From Candidatus Gottesmanbacteria bacterium (GTDB taxonomy: Bacteria; Patescibacteriota; Microgenomatia; 2-02-FULL-39-11): DNA of 64,000 nt. Below the pieces are notes generated by a model. That model was not told the origin of the DNA and made no database searches. It saw only the letters and a list, made by a program, of their open reading frames with translations. Within the stretch, counting starts at the first letter, position 1. The number at the start of each line of letters is the position of its first letter. The position numbers and the translations under genes were made by a program. This document shows positions 47,214 through 55,747 of the stretch, in pieces. Location: positions 1,357-65,356 of the forward strand of contig JACPKY010000001.1 in the NCBI GenBank assembly GCA_016186795.1, in the 5' to 3' direction.

Positions 47214-48686
47214 ATGACGAAAACATTTTCGAGCTTCTCCTTTGGCTGTCGGGTAAACCAGGCTGAAAAAGAAGCGCTTGATAGGCAGCTTCTTCTTGCA
47301 GGACTTACCCAAAACCAGCAAAATCCGGACGTGTATATTGTGAATACGTGCGCGGTTACACAAAAAGCTGAAAGGGAGGCGCGGCAGTTTATCTATCAAA
47401 CCACGCGGAAACTCCCAAAAGCAAAGATTGTTGTTACAGGATGTGCAGCCACAAAGTGGATCATTGAGAAAAAACCAATCAAAGAGGCAGACGTCCTCAT
47501 CCCAAACACTGTAAAAGAATTTGCTGCAAGCTTGATCCTGAAGCGCCTTGATGGCCAAAATAGGCTCTTTGCACCCAATTCTCACAGAGCAATTCTCCAA
47601 CTGGATAAGTTTTCACGATCAGGACGTTTTTTACTCAAAATTCAGGACGGATGCCATCGCTTCTGTACATTTTGTATCGTTCCATATCTTCGAGGATTAC
47701 CAAAATCGGTTCCAATCAGTGAAATTATTCAAACCATTAACATATATACAAATAAAAATAATTCTCCTTCTATTTCTCACGAAATAGGGTTCTTGGATAG
47801 ATCTTGTAAGCCGGAATACTCGGGAACACCTTCGGGAATTGACAGTTCCCGCTTTCCTTCTCGTATTCCGGCAACAATCTCTAATTCAACTGCACAAATT
47901 TCGCTCGAAACAGAAGGAGAATCTCAAAATAGCGTTATTAAAGAAGTTATCCTTACTGCAATCAATACAGAAGCGTACGGATACGATACGGGAGAATTAT
48001 TTATTCAACTTCTTGAGGCAATCATGGAAAAAACTGTCATAGAACGGGTGAGTTTTGGATCCATCCATCCGTGGAGCATCACCCAAGATTTCTTTGATTT
48101 CTACAAAAAAAGCCTTGATGAAGGAAGACTTGTAAAATTTTTCCACATTCCGCTCCAATCAGGATCCAATAAAACGTTGACTCTTATGAAACGGGGGTAC
48201 ACAAGAGAGGAATTTATTGAAAAACTGCAAACACTTACCTCAATTGATCCATTCACATATATAGGCACTGACATTATCACGGGATTTTTGGAAGAAGATG
48301 AGAAGGATTTTGCCGATACATACGAATTCCTTCGCGACTCCCCCATTTCTAAATTTCACGTTTTCCGCTTCTCCAGACGGGAAAAAACTGCAGCATATTT
48401 CATGGCAAAACGGCTGAAAAATGTTTCTCCCCAAATGAAAAAGAAACGGGCGAAGCTTTTAGGAGATCTTAGTCAAAAAAAGTATCAAGCATTTCTCCAA
48501 AAACACATCGGCAAAACATTTCCAGCACTTTTCCTGGAAAAAAGAGAAGGTGAACACCAATCAGTTCTTCTCGATAACCAAATACCGGCAAAAATTAAGA
48601 CGACGAAAAATAGAATAGGTGAACTTACTTCCGTTTCAATTACACAATATAAAAACTCGGAGCTCATAGGAAAATTAGTATCATGA
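47214..48686 (+). CDS. MiaB/RimO/MtaB-family radical-SAM methylthiotransferase (with a low-complexity insertion)
   Basis: N-terminal MTTase Cys triad (FGCRVNQ...CAVTQKAE...TGCAA), radical-SAM CxxxCxxC (GCHRFCTFCIVP), and C-terminal TRAM-like region. Confidence 0.8.
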   Translation: MTKTFSSFSFGCRVNQAEKEALDRQLLLAGLTQNQQNPDVYIVNTCAVTQKAEREARQFIYQTTRKLPKAKIVVTGCAATKWIIEKKPIKEADVLIPNTVKEFAASLILKRLDGQNRLFAPNSHRAILQLDKFSRSGRFLLKIQDGCHRFCTFCIVPYLRGLPKSVPISEIIQTINIYTNKNNSPSISHEIGFLDRSCKPEYSGTPSGIDSSRFPSRIPATISNSTAQISLETEGESQNSVIKEVILTAINTEAYGYDTGELFIQLLEAIMEKTVIERVSFGSIHPWSITQDFFDFYKKSLDEGRLVKFFHIPLQSGSNKTLTLMKRGYTREEFIEKLQTLTSIDPFTYIGTDIITGFLEEDEKDFADTYEFLRDSPISKFHVFRFSRREKTAAYFMAKRLKNVSPQMKKKRAKLLGDLSQKKYQAFLQKHIGKTFPALFLEKREGEHQSVLLDNQIPAKIKTTKNRIGELTSVSITQYKNSELIGKLVS

Positions 48687-48927
48687 AATACCCTATAAAT
48701 GAGTTGTCGGTAGATGAATGAATATCGCTTTTCAGATGACGAATCTCTTCCTCACCTCAAAAACGACGAGATGGTAAAAAACTGCAAGTAAGAGGCAAGA
48801 AATGAAAAAAGGTATAAATAAAAAAATATAAAATTATAATTGTAGTCTTGCCTTGCAAAATTCCAAACTGAAAAGAAAAAAACGCTCTTGTTTAGTTTTT
48901 CAAAATAAGGAAAATTGCAACTTGCAT

Positions 48928-48955
48928 GAGGTTTTGGCGCCATTGCCAAAACCTC
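48928..48955 (-). terminator. Intrinsic-terminator-like hairpin GAGGTTTTGGC-GCCATT-GCCAAAACCTC downstream of rpmB
   Basis: Perfect 11-bp stem, followed on the minus strand by a T-rich tract. Confidence 0.5.
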
Positions 48956-49338
48956 AAGTACGACGGGACGCGAGTGGTTAGATTTTAGTTTTTAATCGCG
49001 CGTCCAGGTGCGGCGGGATTCATTGGTTGGTAACTTTGCTCTTGCCTGGGATAAAAGTACTCCCAAGAGCGCAATAAGTGCCCCAACAACAACCACACCA
49101 GCAACCCACTCCTGTGGTGTTTGCGGCATCTCTCACCTCCTCGATGAGAAAAAAATTGGGAAACGCGCTTCGCGTTCCCGGCCAGTACGATAAAATATGA
49201 GAAAAGTGCAAAAAATACTAACTTAAAGGAGGTTACTACCATCTCGTTTTTAATGTGCTTTCATTATCCATCACAAATCAATCCCTACATTATATATATG
49301 AGTGAATAAAATGCAACGCGAAGGAGAATAAATGGGGA

Positions 49339-49680
49339 TCAATTTTTCTTCCCAACAATTGAGGCGATATCGAGGGCTTCTTTGGCTTTTTCTTTCTCAA
49401 TTTTGCGATCACTCTTCTCTACTTTCATGGATGGAAGCTTTGGAAGTTCGACTTTTGTCTCAGGTTTTGCTTTCAGAAGGAAGTAATTCCCTATCCTTCC
49501 ATCCTTTCGCAATCGTTTGATACAACTGGTACAAAAGAGGACCCGAATGCTTACTCCGCTTTTGAAAACTTTCAGTTTCTGAAGATTGGGAAGAAACAAT
49601 CGTCTTGTCCTGTTTTTGGCATGAGAGACGTTATGTCCGTAGTCTTTCCCTTTTCCGCAATTTTGACAACGCATGGCCAT
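49339..49680 (-). CDS. rpmB: 50S ribosomal protein L28 (with C-terminal Lys-rich extension)
   Basis: [33 protein letters not shown] matches the L28 N-terminal signature. Confidence 0.8.
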   Translation of the reverse strand: MAMRCQNCGKGKDYGHNVSHAKNRTRRLFLPNLQKLKVFKSGVSIRVLFCTSCIKRLRKDGRIGNYFLLKAKPETKVELPKLPSMKVEKSDRKIEKEKAKEALDIASIVGKKN

Positions 49681-49755
49681 AATAAAATCAAATTTTGATC
49701 TTTGATATTTGAGATTTGATGCTATACTATATCAAACTACGATCATTTTCTCAAG

Positions 49756-50448
49756 ATGTTACTCACACTCCTTTTCCAAAATCCTTTCGCATTCGTTCTT
49801 ATTGCCGGACTTTTGGTTTTGGCTATCTCAATCCATGAATTTGCCCACGCATTTGTTGCTGATCGCTTGGGAGATCCGACACCGGGAGTTGCTGGTCGGC
49901 TCACTCTAAATCCAGCGGCTCACCTTGATCCTCTTGGGACACTCCTTCTTCTTTTTGCCGGATTTGGGTGGGGCAAACCAGTCCCCTTTGATCCATTTAA
50001 CCTCAAAGACCCCAGACGTGATAGTGCGCTTATCTCACTTGCGGGACCGCTTTCAAATATTCTCATTGCCATTCTCTCATCTCTCATTCTCCGAATGGTT
50101 CTTACGCTTCCAACAACGGGAGTTAGTTTTCTCTTTACAGATATTCTCGTTGGAAAATTCTATCCCCAAGAGCGTCTCTTTATCCCTGGATTTATTTACT
50201 TTAATGTCCTTCTTGCTGTATTTAATCTTATTCCAATTCATCCCCTTGACGGGTTCAAAGTCGTAGGGGGACTTTTACCCAAGAAGTATTATGACGACTG
50301 GATGAGTCTGGCTCGGTATGGAGTACTTTTCCTCCTTTTTCTTATCTTTCCATTTTTTGGATCCTCTCCGCTGTACACGCTTATTGGTCCCATTATTGGA
50401 ACCATCGTTTCAATTCTTATCCCGACACAAATAGGTGGAATAATTTAA
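49756..50448 (+). CDS. Site-2 protease family (M50) membrane zinc metalloprotease
   Basis: HEFAHAF (HExxH) in TM1 and NLIPIHPLDG motif. Confidence 0.8.
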   Translation: MLLTLLFQNPFAFVLIAGLLVLAISIHEFAHAFVADRLGDPTPGVAGRLTLNPAAHLDPLGTLLLLFAGFGWGKPVPFDPFNLKDPRRDSALISLAGPLSNILIAILSSLILRMVLTLPTTGVSFLFTDILVGKFYPQERLFIPGFIYFNVLLAVFNLIPIHPLDGFKVVGGLLPKKYYDDWMSLARYGVLFLLFLIFPFFGSSPLYTLIGPIIGTIVSILIPTQIGGII

Positions 50449-50563
50449 TAAATTTTCAAAATCCAAATGTCAAATCAAATCCAAAATCCTAAACTCAAAC
50501 ATATTTGGATTCTGAATTTTGCCAGCCAAAAAGCTGATTGATTTGTCATTTGACATTTGAGCT

Positions 50564-53251
50564 TTGGATTTTCTTCTTACTATGTGGTACACAAAACCTG
50601 CACGTGATGTTGTTGAGGAATTTAGGACGAATCAAACGTCTGGTCTGACCCTGAAAGAGGCGCTTAAAAGACTCCGACTATACGGCCCAAACATTTTGCC
50701 GGAACCAAAAAAACCACCCGTTATACTAAAACTCTTTGCACAGTTTAAAAATTTCCTCGTTATTATTTTAATTTTTGCCGCTATCATTTCATTCATTGTC
50801 GGGGATGCTTTAGATGCAATAGTCATTGCCGCAATTGTGCTTCTAAATGCCACCATCGGATTTATTCAAGAGGTGGGTGCAGAAAAAAATTTGGATGCCC
50901 TTAAGGCAACTGAAAAATTGAATGTGCTCGTTGTCAGGGATGGAGAAACAGAAGAACTTCCTTCTGAAAATCTTGTTCCCGGAGACATTCTTATCTTGGA
51001 AGAAGGAAGTAAAATCCCCTCCGATGGACGAATAATTGAGGCATATTCCCTAAAAATTGATGAAAGTATCTTAACCGGTGAATCGCTCCCGGTAACAAAA
51101 CGTGACGAATCAATCGTTGGAGAGCTTCCCCTTGGAGATCAGATAAACATGGTTTTTCGCGATAGTCAAATTGTTTCCGGACGGGGAAAAGCCGTGGTCA
51201 CAGCAACAGGACAACACACAGAGATAGGAAAAATTGCAGCTTTCTTAGGTACCCATGAAGATTCAGTTACACCTCTTACAAAAGAAATTGACGGTGTGGC
51301 AAAAATGCTTACCATTATTATTTCTGCAATTGCTGCCATGATTTTTCTTTATTCACTACTTGGCCAACTTGCCCTTTTTGAAAGTCTACTTCTTTCTATT
51401 TCTCTTGCCGTTGCGGCAATCCCCGAAGGACTGCCTGCAATTATTACTATTGTTCTTTCTCTTGGAGTAAAACGAATGGCCATAAAAAAAACTATAGTTC
51501 GAAAACTCCCCTCGGTTGAAACACTTGGAGGAATACGCATTATTGCAACAGATAAAACAGGCACTATAACTCAAAATAAAATCCGGGTAGTGGAGATCTG
51601 TGTTTCAGGTCAAAGGTACGTTCTCAAAACGCTTGAGGGGAAGACAACGTTTTTTGATGAAGAAAAACATATTATTAATCCTATTGCAAATCCTTTACTG
51701 GAAAAACTTATAACTATTGGCGTTGTGGCAAATAACGCGACGCTTCACGAGTCAAATAAGGATCGAGATGAACCAAAAGTTATCGGTGATACAACAGAAG
51801 GAGCACTCCTTCTTGCAGGAAGTGGAGTCGGAATTTCTTTTAAAAATATAAAACAAAATTATAAGCGCGTTTTTGAAGTCCCCTTCTCATCGGAACGAAA
51901 GCTGATGAGTGTTATTACAACAATTAATAACACAGATGACCACATGCTTTATGTAAAGGGCGCTCCAGAGGTTGTCCTCTCAAAATGTAAAATTTCAGAA
52001 ATTGAAAAAGAGGCAATCTTAGCTGATACGGAACTTTTTGCAAAAAAAGGTCTTCGAAGTCTAGCAATAGCGGAGAAAAAACTTTCCAAGAAAGATGTAA
52101 AGATTGCCCTTGAGGAGGAAATTCTTGCTGAAGAGGATCTTACATTTATTGGACTCGTCGGGATGCAGGATCCATTGCGAGCTGAGATAAAACCAGCAAT
52201 TGAGGCAGCAAAACTCGCTGGTATCAGAACAATAATGATTACAGGCGACCACCAAGAAACTGCCCGAACAATTGCTATTGAGGCTGGAATTACCACACCC
52301 TCCGATCCTGTTTATACGGAAAAAGATTTTGAGAGACTCACTGATGAGGAATTTAAGAAGCTTTTGATGGAAAATGCAAATGTCTTTGCCAGAATTTCTC
52401 CCATGGGTAAACTTCGCATTGTGGAAACTCTTAAAAAAATCCCCCACACCCATATTGCGGTCACTGGAGATGGCGTTAACGATGCTCCAGCTCTTAAGGC
52501 ATCACATATCGGTATTGCTATGGGCAGAAGCGGTACAGACGTTACCCGCCAGATTGCTGATATGGTTATTACCGATGATAACTACGCAACAATTATTGAT
52601 GCAATTCGGGAAGGCCGAGTGATATTTGCAAATCTGGTTAAATTTACTCGTTACCTTATCTCCTGCAACATATCTGAGGTTATTATCATCGCTTTTTCAG
52701 TCTTTTTTGTTATGCCCATTCCTCTTCTCCCATTGCAAATTCTTTGGATCAACCTTATTACGGATGGGCTCCCTGCTCTTGCTCTCGGAGTAGACCCTCC
52801 GGAATACGATGTCATGAAGCGACCTCCAAGAGATTTATCGTTAGGGATTTTACACCGCAAAAGATGGGCATATATGATTTCAGAAGGGATGGTAATGGGG
52901 GCAGGAGTTCTTATTATTTTCCTTTACAGTCTGACAAAATTCACACTTGTTGAGTCACAAACTATAGCATTTACTTCTCTTGCCCTTATGCAGCTTGTCC
53001 ATGCTCTCAACAACCGAAGTACTCGGGCATCTATTTTTAAGCTTGGTATTTTTTCTAACCCTTATCTCCTTCTTGCAATTGGCGTTTCTTTTCTCCTACA
53101 GCTTCTTGCGGTCCAAACGAACTTTGGAAACAGTATTTTTAAGACACAAGCTCTCACACTACCCGAATGGTTCCTTATCTTTGAAGGAGTACTGGCATTT
53201 TTTCTTCTTATTGAACTGAAAAAACTTCTCCGATTTAGAATACTGCCGTAA
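50564..53251 (+). CDS. P-type ATPase, type IIA (Ca2+/cation-transporting)
   Basis: TGES, DKTGTITQN, TGDGVNDAPALK, and ten predicted TM helices. Confidence 0.9.
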   Translation: MDFLLTMWYTKPARDVVEEFRTNQTSGLTLKEALKRLRLYGPNILPEPKKPPVILKLFAQFKNFLVIILIFAAIISFIVGDALDAIVIAAIVLLNATIGFIQEVGAEKNLDALKATEKLNVLVVRDGETEELPSENLVPGDILILEEGSKIPSDGRIIEAYSLKIDESILTGESLPVTKRDESIVGELPLGDQINMVFRDSQIVSGRGKAVVTATGQHTEIGKIAAFLGTHEDSVTPLTKEIDGVAKMLTIIISAIAAMIFLYSLLGQLALFESLLLSISLAVAAIPEGLPAIITIVLSLGVKRMAIKKTIVRKLPSVETLGGIRIIATDKTGTITQNKIRVVEICVSGQRYVLKTLEGKTTFFDEEKHIINPIANPLLEKLITIGVVANNATLHESNKDRDEPKVIGDTTEGALLLAGSGVGISFKNIKQNYKRVFEVPFSSERKLMSVITTINNTDDHMLYVKGAPEVVLSKCKISEIEKEAILADTELFAKKGLRSLAIAEKKLSKKDVKIALEEEILAEEDLTFIGLVGMQDPLRAEIKPAIEAAKLAGIRTIMITGDHQETARTIAIEAGITTPSDPVYTEKDFERLTDEEFKKLLMENANVFARISPMGKLRIVETLKKIPHTHIAVTGDGVNDAPALKASHIGIAMGRSGTDVTRQIADMVITDDNYATIIDAIREGRVIFANLVKFTRYLISCNISEVIIIAFSVFFVMPIPLLPLQILWINLITDGLPALALGVDPPEYDVMKRPPRDLSLGILHRKRWAYMISEGMVMGAGVLIIFLYSLTKFTLVESQTIAFTSLALMQLVHALNNRSTRASIFKLGIFSNPYLLLAIGVSFLLQLLAVQTNFGNSIFKTQALTLPEWFLIFEGVLAFFLLIELKKLLRFRILP

Positions 53252-53252
53252 T

Positions 53253-55523
53253 TTAGATAGAGTTCACCGTTAAACCAAAATTTCCTCCACTATCCCGTTG
53301 GTATTGCCCAGCTCCTTGTGATTTTGGCAAAGTAAAGATAATCCTTTGCGGTTCTTTGCCAAATTTTGCATGAGTTCTACTTCTGATATCTCTATCTAAA
53401 CTTCCTAAAATCTTTAATACTGCCGATCTACTAAAATCTTCTGGAGGTACAACATACACCTCAATTGTTGCAGATACATTCTCAGTATCATCTGAATAAA
53501 TTTCTCCTTCAATTGTGTTGTATCCACGATAGGCAATAGCATCAACAACTCTTGCAAGCCACCCAGGTTTGTTTTCCCGTGAAGGAACATCTACCCGAAC
53601 AACTATAAGTCGCTCTCTCGCTTCACTGAGTCTTCGTATAACATCGTTAAGTAAACCGTATGGGATAACATCAATTCCCACATCCACCAAGAAATTTGCC
53701 GGTTCTTCGCCATAGCGTGCCATGAGCTCATCTGTAAATCCATAAGTAACACTTAACCTTCGAGGAAGTCGGGCATGGAGGAAAAATTGCTGATTTAAAA
53801 TACTTCTCCCTCGATTTTCTGCTTCCTTTCTGATCCGCTGTTGTAAGTTAAATGCTGCCTCAAATTTTTCTTGTCCTTGACCTTCAAATTGTTGAATAAA
53901 GTTTTCATCTAATATTTCTCCAAATACACGCATAAGATATTCTGCTTTCCCAGTATCATCAGTACGAAAATATCCCAACCAATTGGGAGAAGCATAAATC
54001 GCCTCAGGATCTGTATGAATGGAAATTGTCCTGTCAGAAAATGAAGTACTCTCTCTATATTGGTCCGAAGTTGTGATAACCTCACCATCTTTCGTAATAG
54101 AGGCAATGTGGAGAAAATCAACATCTGAGACAGCCGCGGCGACTACATCAAAAATGGTTGCGTCATCTCGGACGTTCACCTCAACCTCCCTTCCATCAAT
54201 TTCAACGTTTACACGCATTAACCGCCCTTCAAGCGCAGCTAAAAGTCGAGCAACCTCCCTCGTAGAATCCTCTGATATAGCTTCTCCAACGCGTTCTTGA
54301 AGAGAATGAATTTTCAAAATACCTTCCTTACGCATACTTTCATCTATTTCCATATCAACCGTGAATGCATCCCGAATTGAAGCATATCGCCTACGATATG
54401 TATCTGGTGTTAGTACAGAAACGGCAACCGGGGCAAATTTTTGGCTATCCATTTCCATTAAATATGTTAAAGATTCATTGACAAGATTTCCATCAATTAA
54501 ATATTTCGGTAATTTATGCATGGAAAAACCCTCTGGAACGAAACGGGAAGATATGAGCCTTTTATATACCGACCATGTTTGCTCGGGAGAACCGTCAAAA
54601 AAGATGTCAAGATTGATAGGAAATTCAAGGGCAACGTCGCGATGACTATACTTTTCCAATGATATTCCTTGTCTAAATAGCCACCACAATCGCTCATAGT
54701 GGGGAGAATAGACGCGAATACGCGTGAGTGATTGCTCGGGAGAAAATCCGAGCTGTTGTGATACAAGATCCACAGCTTGCTCCATAGTAGTCGGAGAAAA
54801 TGAGGAATGCTCTGTTTCGATCTTTCCTAACGCATCTGGGTAGAGAACCCGGAGTGATCGTACGGTCACCTCATGTGCCATCTCATACATCCCAAGCTCA
54901 AGAAGAAGGGGGACATACACATCGAGTGATTCTCTGACAGTACGCCTCGCACTTTCCGGCTTGTGTTCCAGAAGTCCACCAATCGTCCGCAGGTTATGGA
55001 GTCTTTCCGCACATCTGGCAAGAGTTGCAAAAGGCTCATCAACCAACGATTTGATAAGTCCGGTCCGAAGACGACGGTCTCGCCCTTCTTCATCAACGAT
55101 TCCATCGGTAGTAAAATCACGTTTCGCTTGGCTTATATAACCAAGTCCTGGGATTATATCTTGTCCAAAAATTTCTCCTAACTCCCCAACTGTTATATCG
55201 GTATCCTCTGAAACGTCATGCAAAAGCGCATATACCAACGCTTTTGCAGGAAGATGATAGTCAGCAAGGATTCGGGCCGCCTCAATTGGGTGGGATGAGG
55301 AAGGAGATCTATCAAACCGGGGCTCTTTGTTTGAAACTGCCTGCATCATAAAAAGCCCAGCAGATTTCACCTTTTGATAATCGCCACTATCCACATGATA
55401 GACTTCGGGATGTTGGAGGTATTCAATAGACTGGAGGAAACTTGTCCAATACGGTTGTTCCGCTTCATTCGGAATGTAGTGAATAGATTCAATAAAATCT
55501 ATCTGTTCAGGGGAATCTTCCAT
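53253..55523 (-). CDS. RelA/SpoT-homologue (RSH)-like protein: HD hydrolase + TGS-like + ACT-like, without recognisable synthetase motifs
   Basis: ALLHDVSEDT and LARCAERLHNLRT (HD hydrolase). A TGS-like segment (REVEVNVRDDATIFDV) and a C-terminal ACT-like segment follow. No RxKxxxSxxxK / EIQIRT synthetase signatures were found by eye. Confidence 0.65.
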   Translation of the reverse strand: MEDSPEQIDFIESIHYIPNEAEQPYWTSFLQSIEYLQHPEVYHVDSGDYQKVKSAGLFMMQAVSNKEPRFDRSPSSSHPIEAARILADYHLPAKALVYALLHDVSEDTDITVGELGEIFGQDIIPGLGYISQAKRDFTTDGIVDEEGRDRRLRTGLIKSLVDEPFATLARCAERLHNLRTIGGLLEHKPESARRTVRESLDVYVPLLLELGMYEMAHEVTVRSLRVLYPDALGKIETEHSSFSPTTMEQAVDLVSQQLGFSPEQSLTRIRVYSPHYERLWWLFRQGISLEKYSHRDVALEFPINLDIFFDGSPEQTWSVYKRLISSRFVPEGFSMHKLPKYLIDGNLVNESLTYLMEMDSQKFAPVAVSVLTPDTYRRRYASIRDAFTVDMEIDESMRKEGILKIHSLQERVGEAISEDSTREVARLLAALEGRLMRVNVEIDGREVEVNVRDDATIFDVVAAAVSDVDFLHIASITKDGEVITTSDQYRESTSFSDRTISIHTDPEAIYASPNWLGYFRTDDTGKAEYLMRVFGEILDENFIQQFEGQGQEKFEAAFNLQQRIRKEAENRGRSILNQQFFLHARLPRRLSVTYGFTDELMARYGEEPANFLVDVGIDVIPYGLLNDVIRRLSEARERLIVVRVDVPSRENKPGWLARVVDAIAYRGYNTIEGEIYSDDTENVSATIEVYVVPPEDFSRSAVLKILGSLDRDIRSRTHAKFGKEPQRIIFTLPKSQGAGQYQRDSGGNFGLTVNSI

Positions 55524-55685
55524 AAAGATAAGGCATAATTATAGGATAAGTATACTCCAAGAAGCAAATATCCATCTGATTTGTTCCTACAGCTTGACAA
55601 AGAGGCTGTAATTATCTATTATAGGTTTTAATGAAGAAACTTTTTACACGAATTATCTCTACCCACCTTATTCTAATTCTTTCTT

Positions 55686-55744
55686 AAGGGGAAGGAGATT
55701 ATTGATTGAGTGAAAACCTTCCCCAAAGGGGAAGGTTTTTTTTG
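55686..55744 (+). promoter_or_regulatory. Putative attenuator: GGGGAAGG (55688-55695) can pair with CCTTCCCC (55717-55724) or that CCTTCCCC pairs with a second GGGGAAGG (55728-55735) to form a terminator hairpin followed by T8
   Basis: The sequence AAGGGGAAGG...AACCTTCCCCAAAGGGGAAGGTTTTTTTTTG lies immediately 5' of the 870-aa gene. Confidence 0.45.
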
Positions 55745-55747
55745 TGC

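Noticed and set aside
55710-55747. GTG start at 55710 for the 870-aa gene
   Set aside because: Translation from this start would read through a perfect 8-bp hairpin plus T8 terminator. The ATG at 55748 just after the T-tract is a more plausible start.
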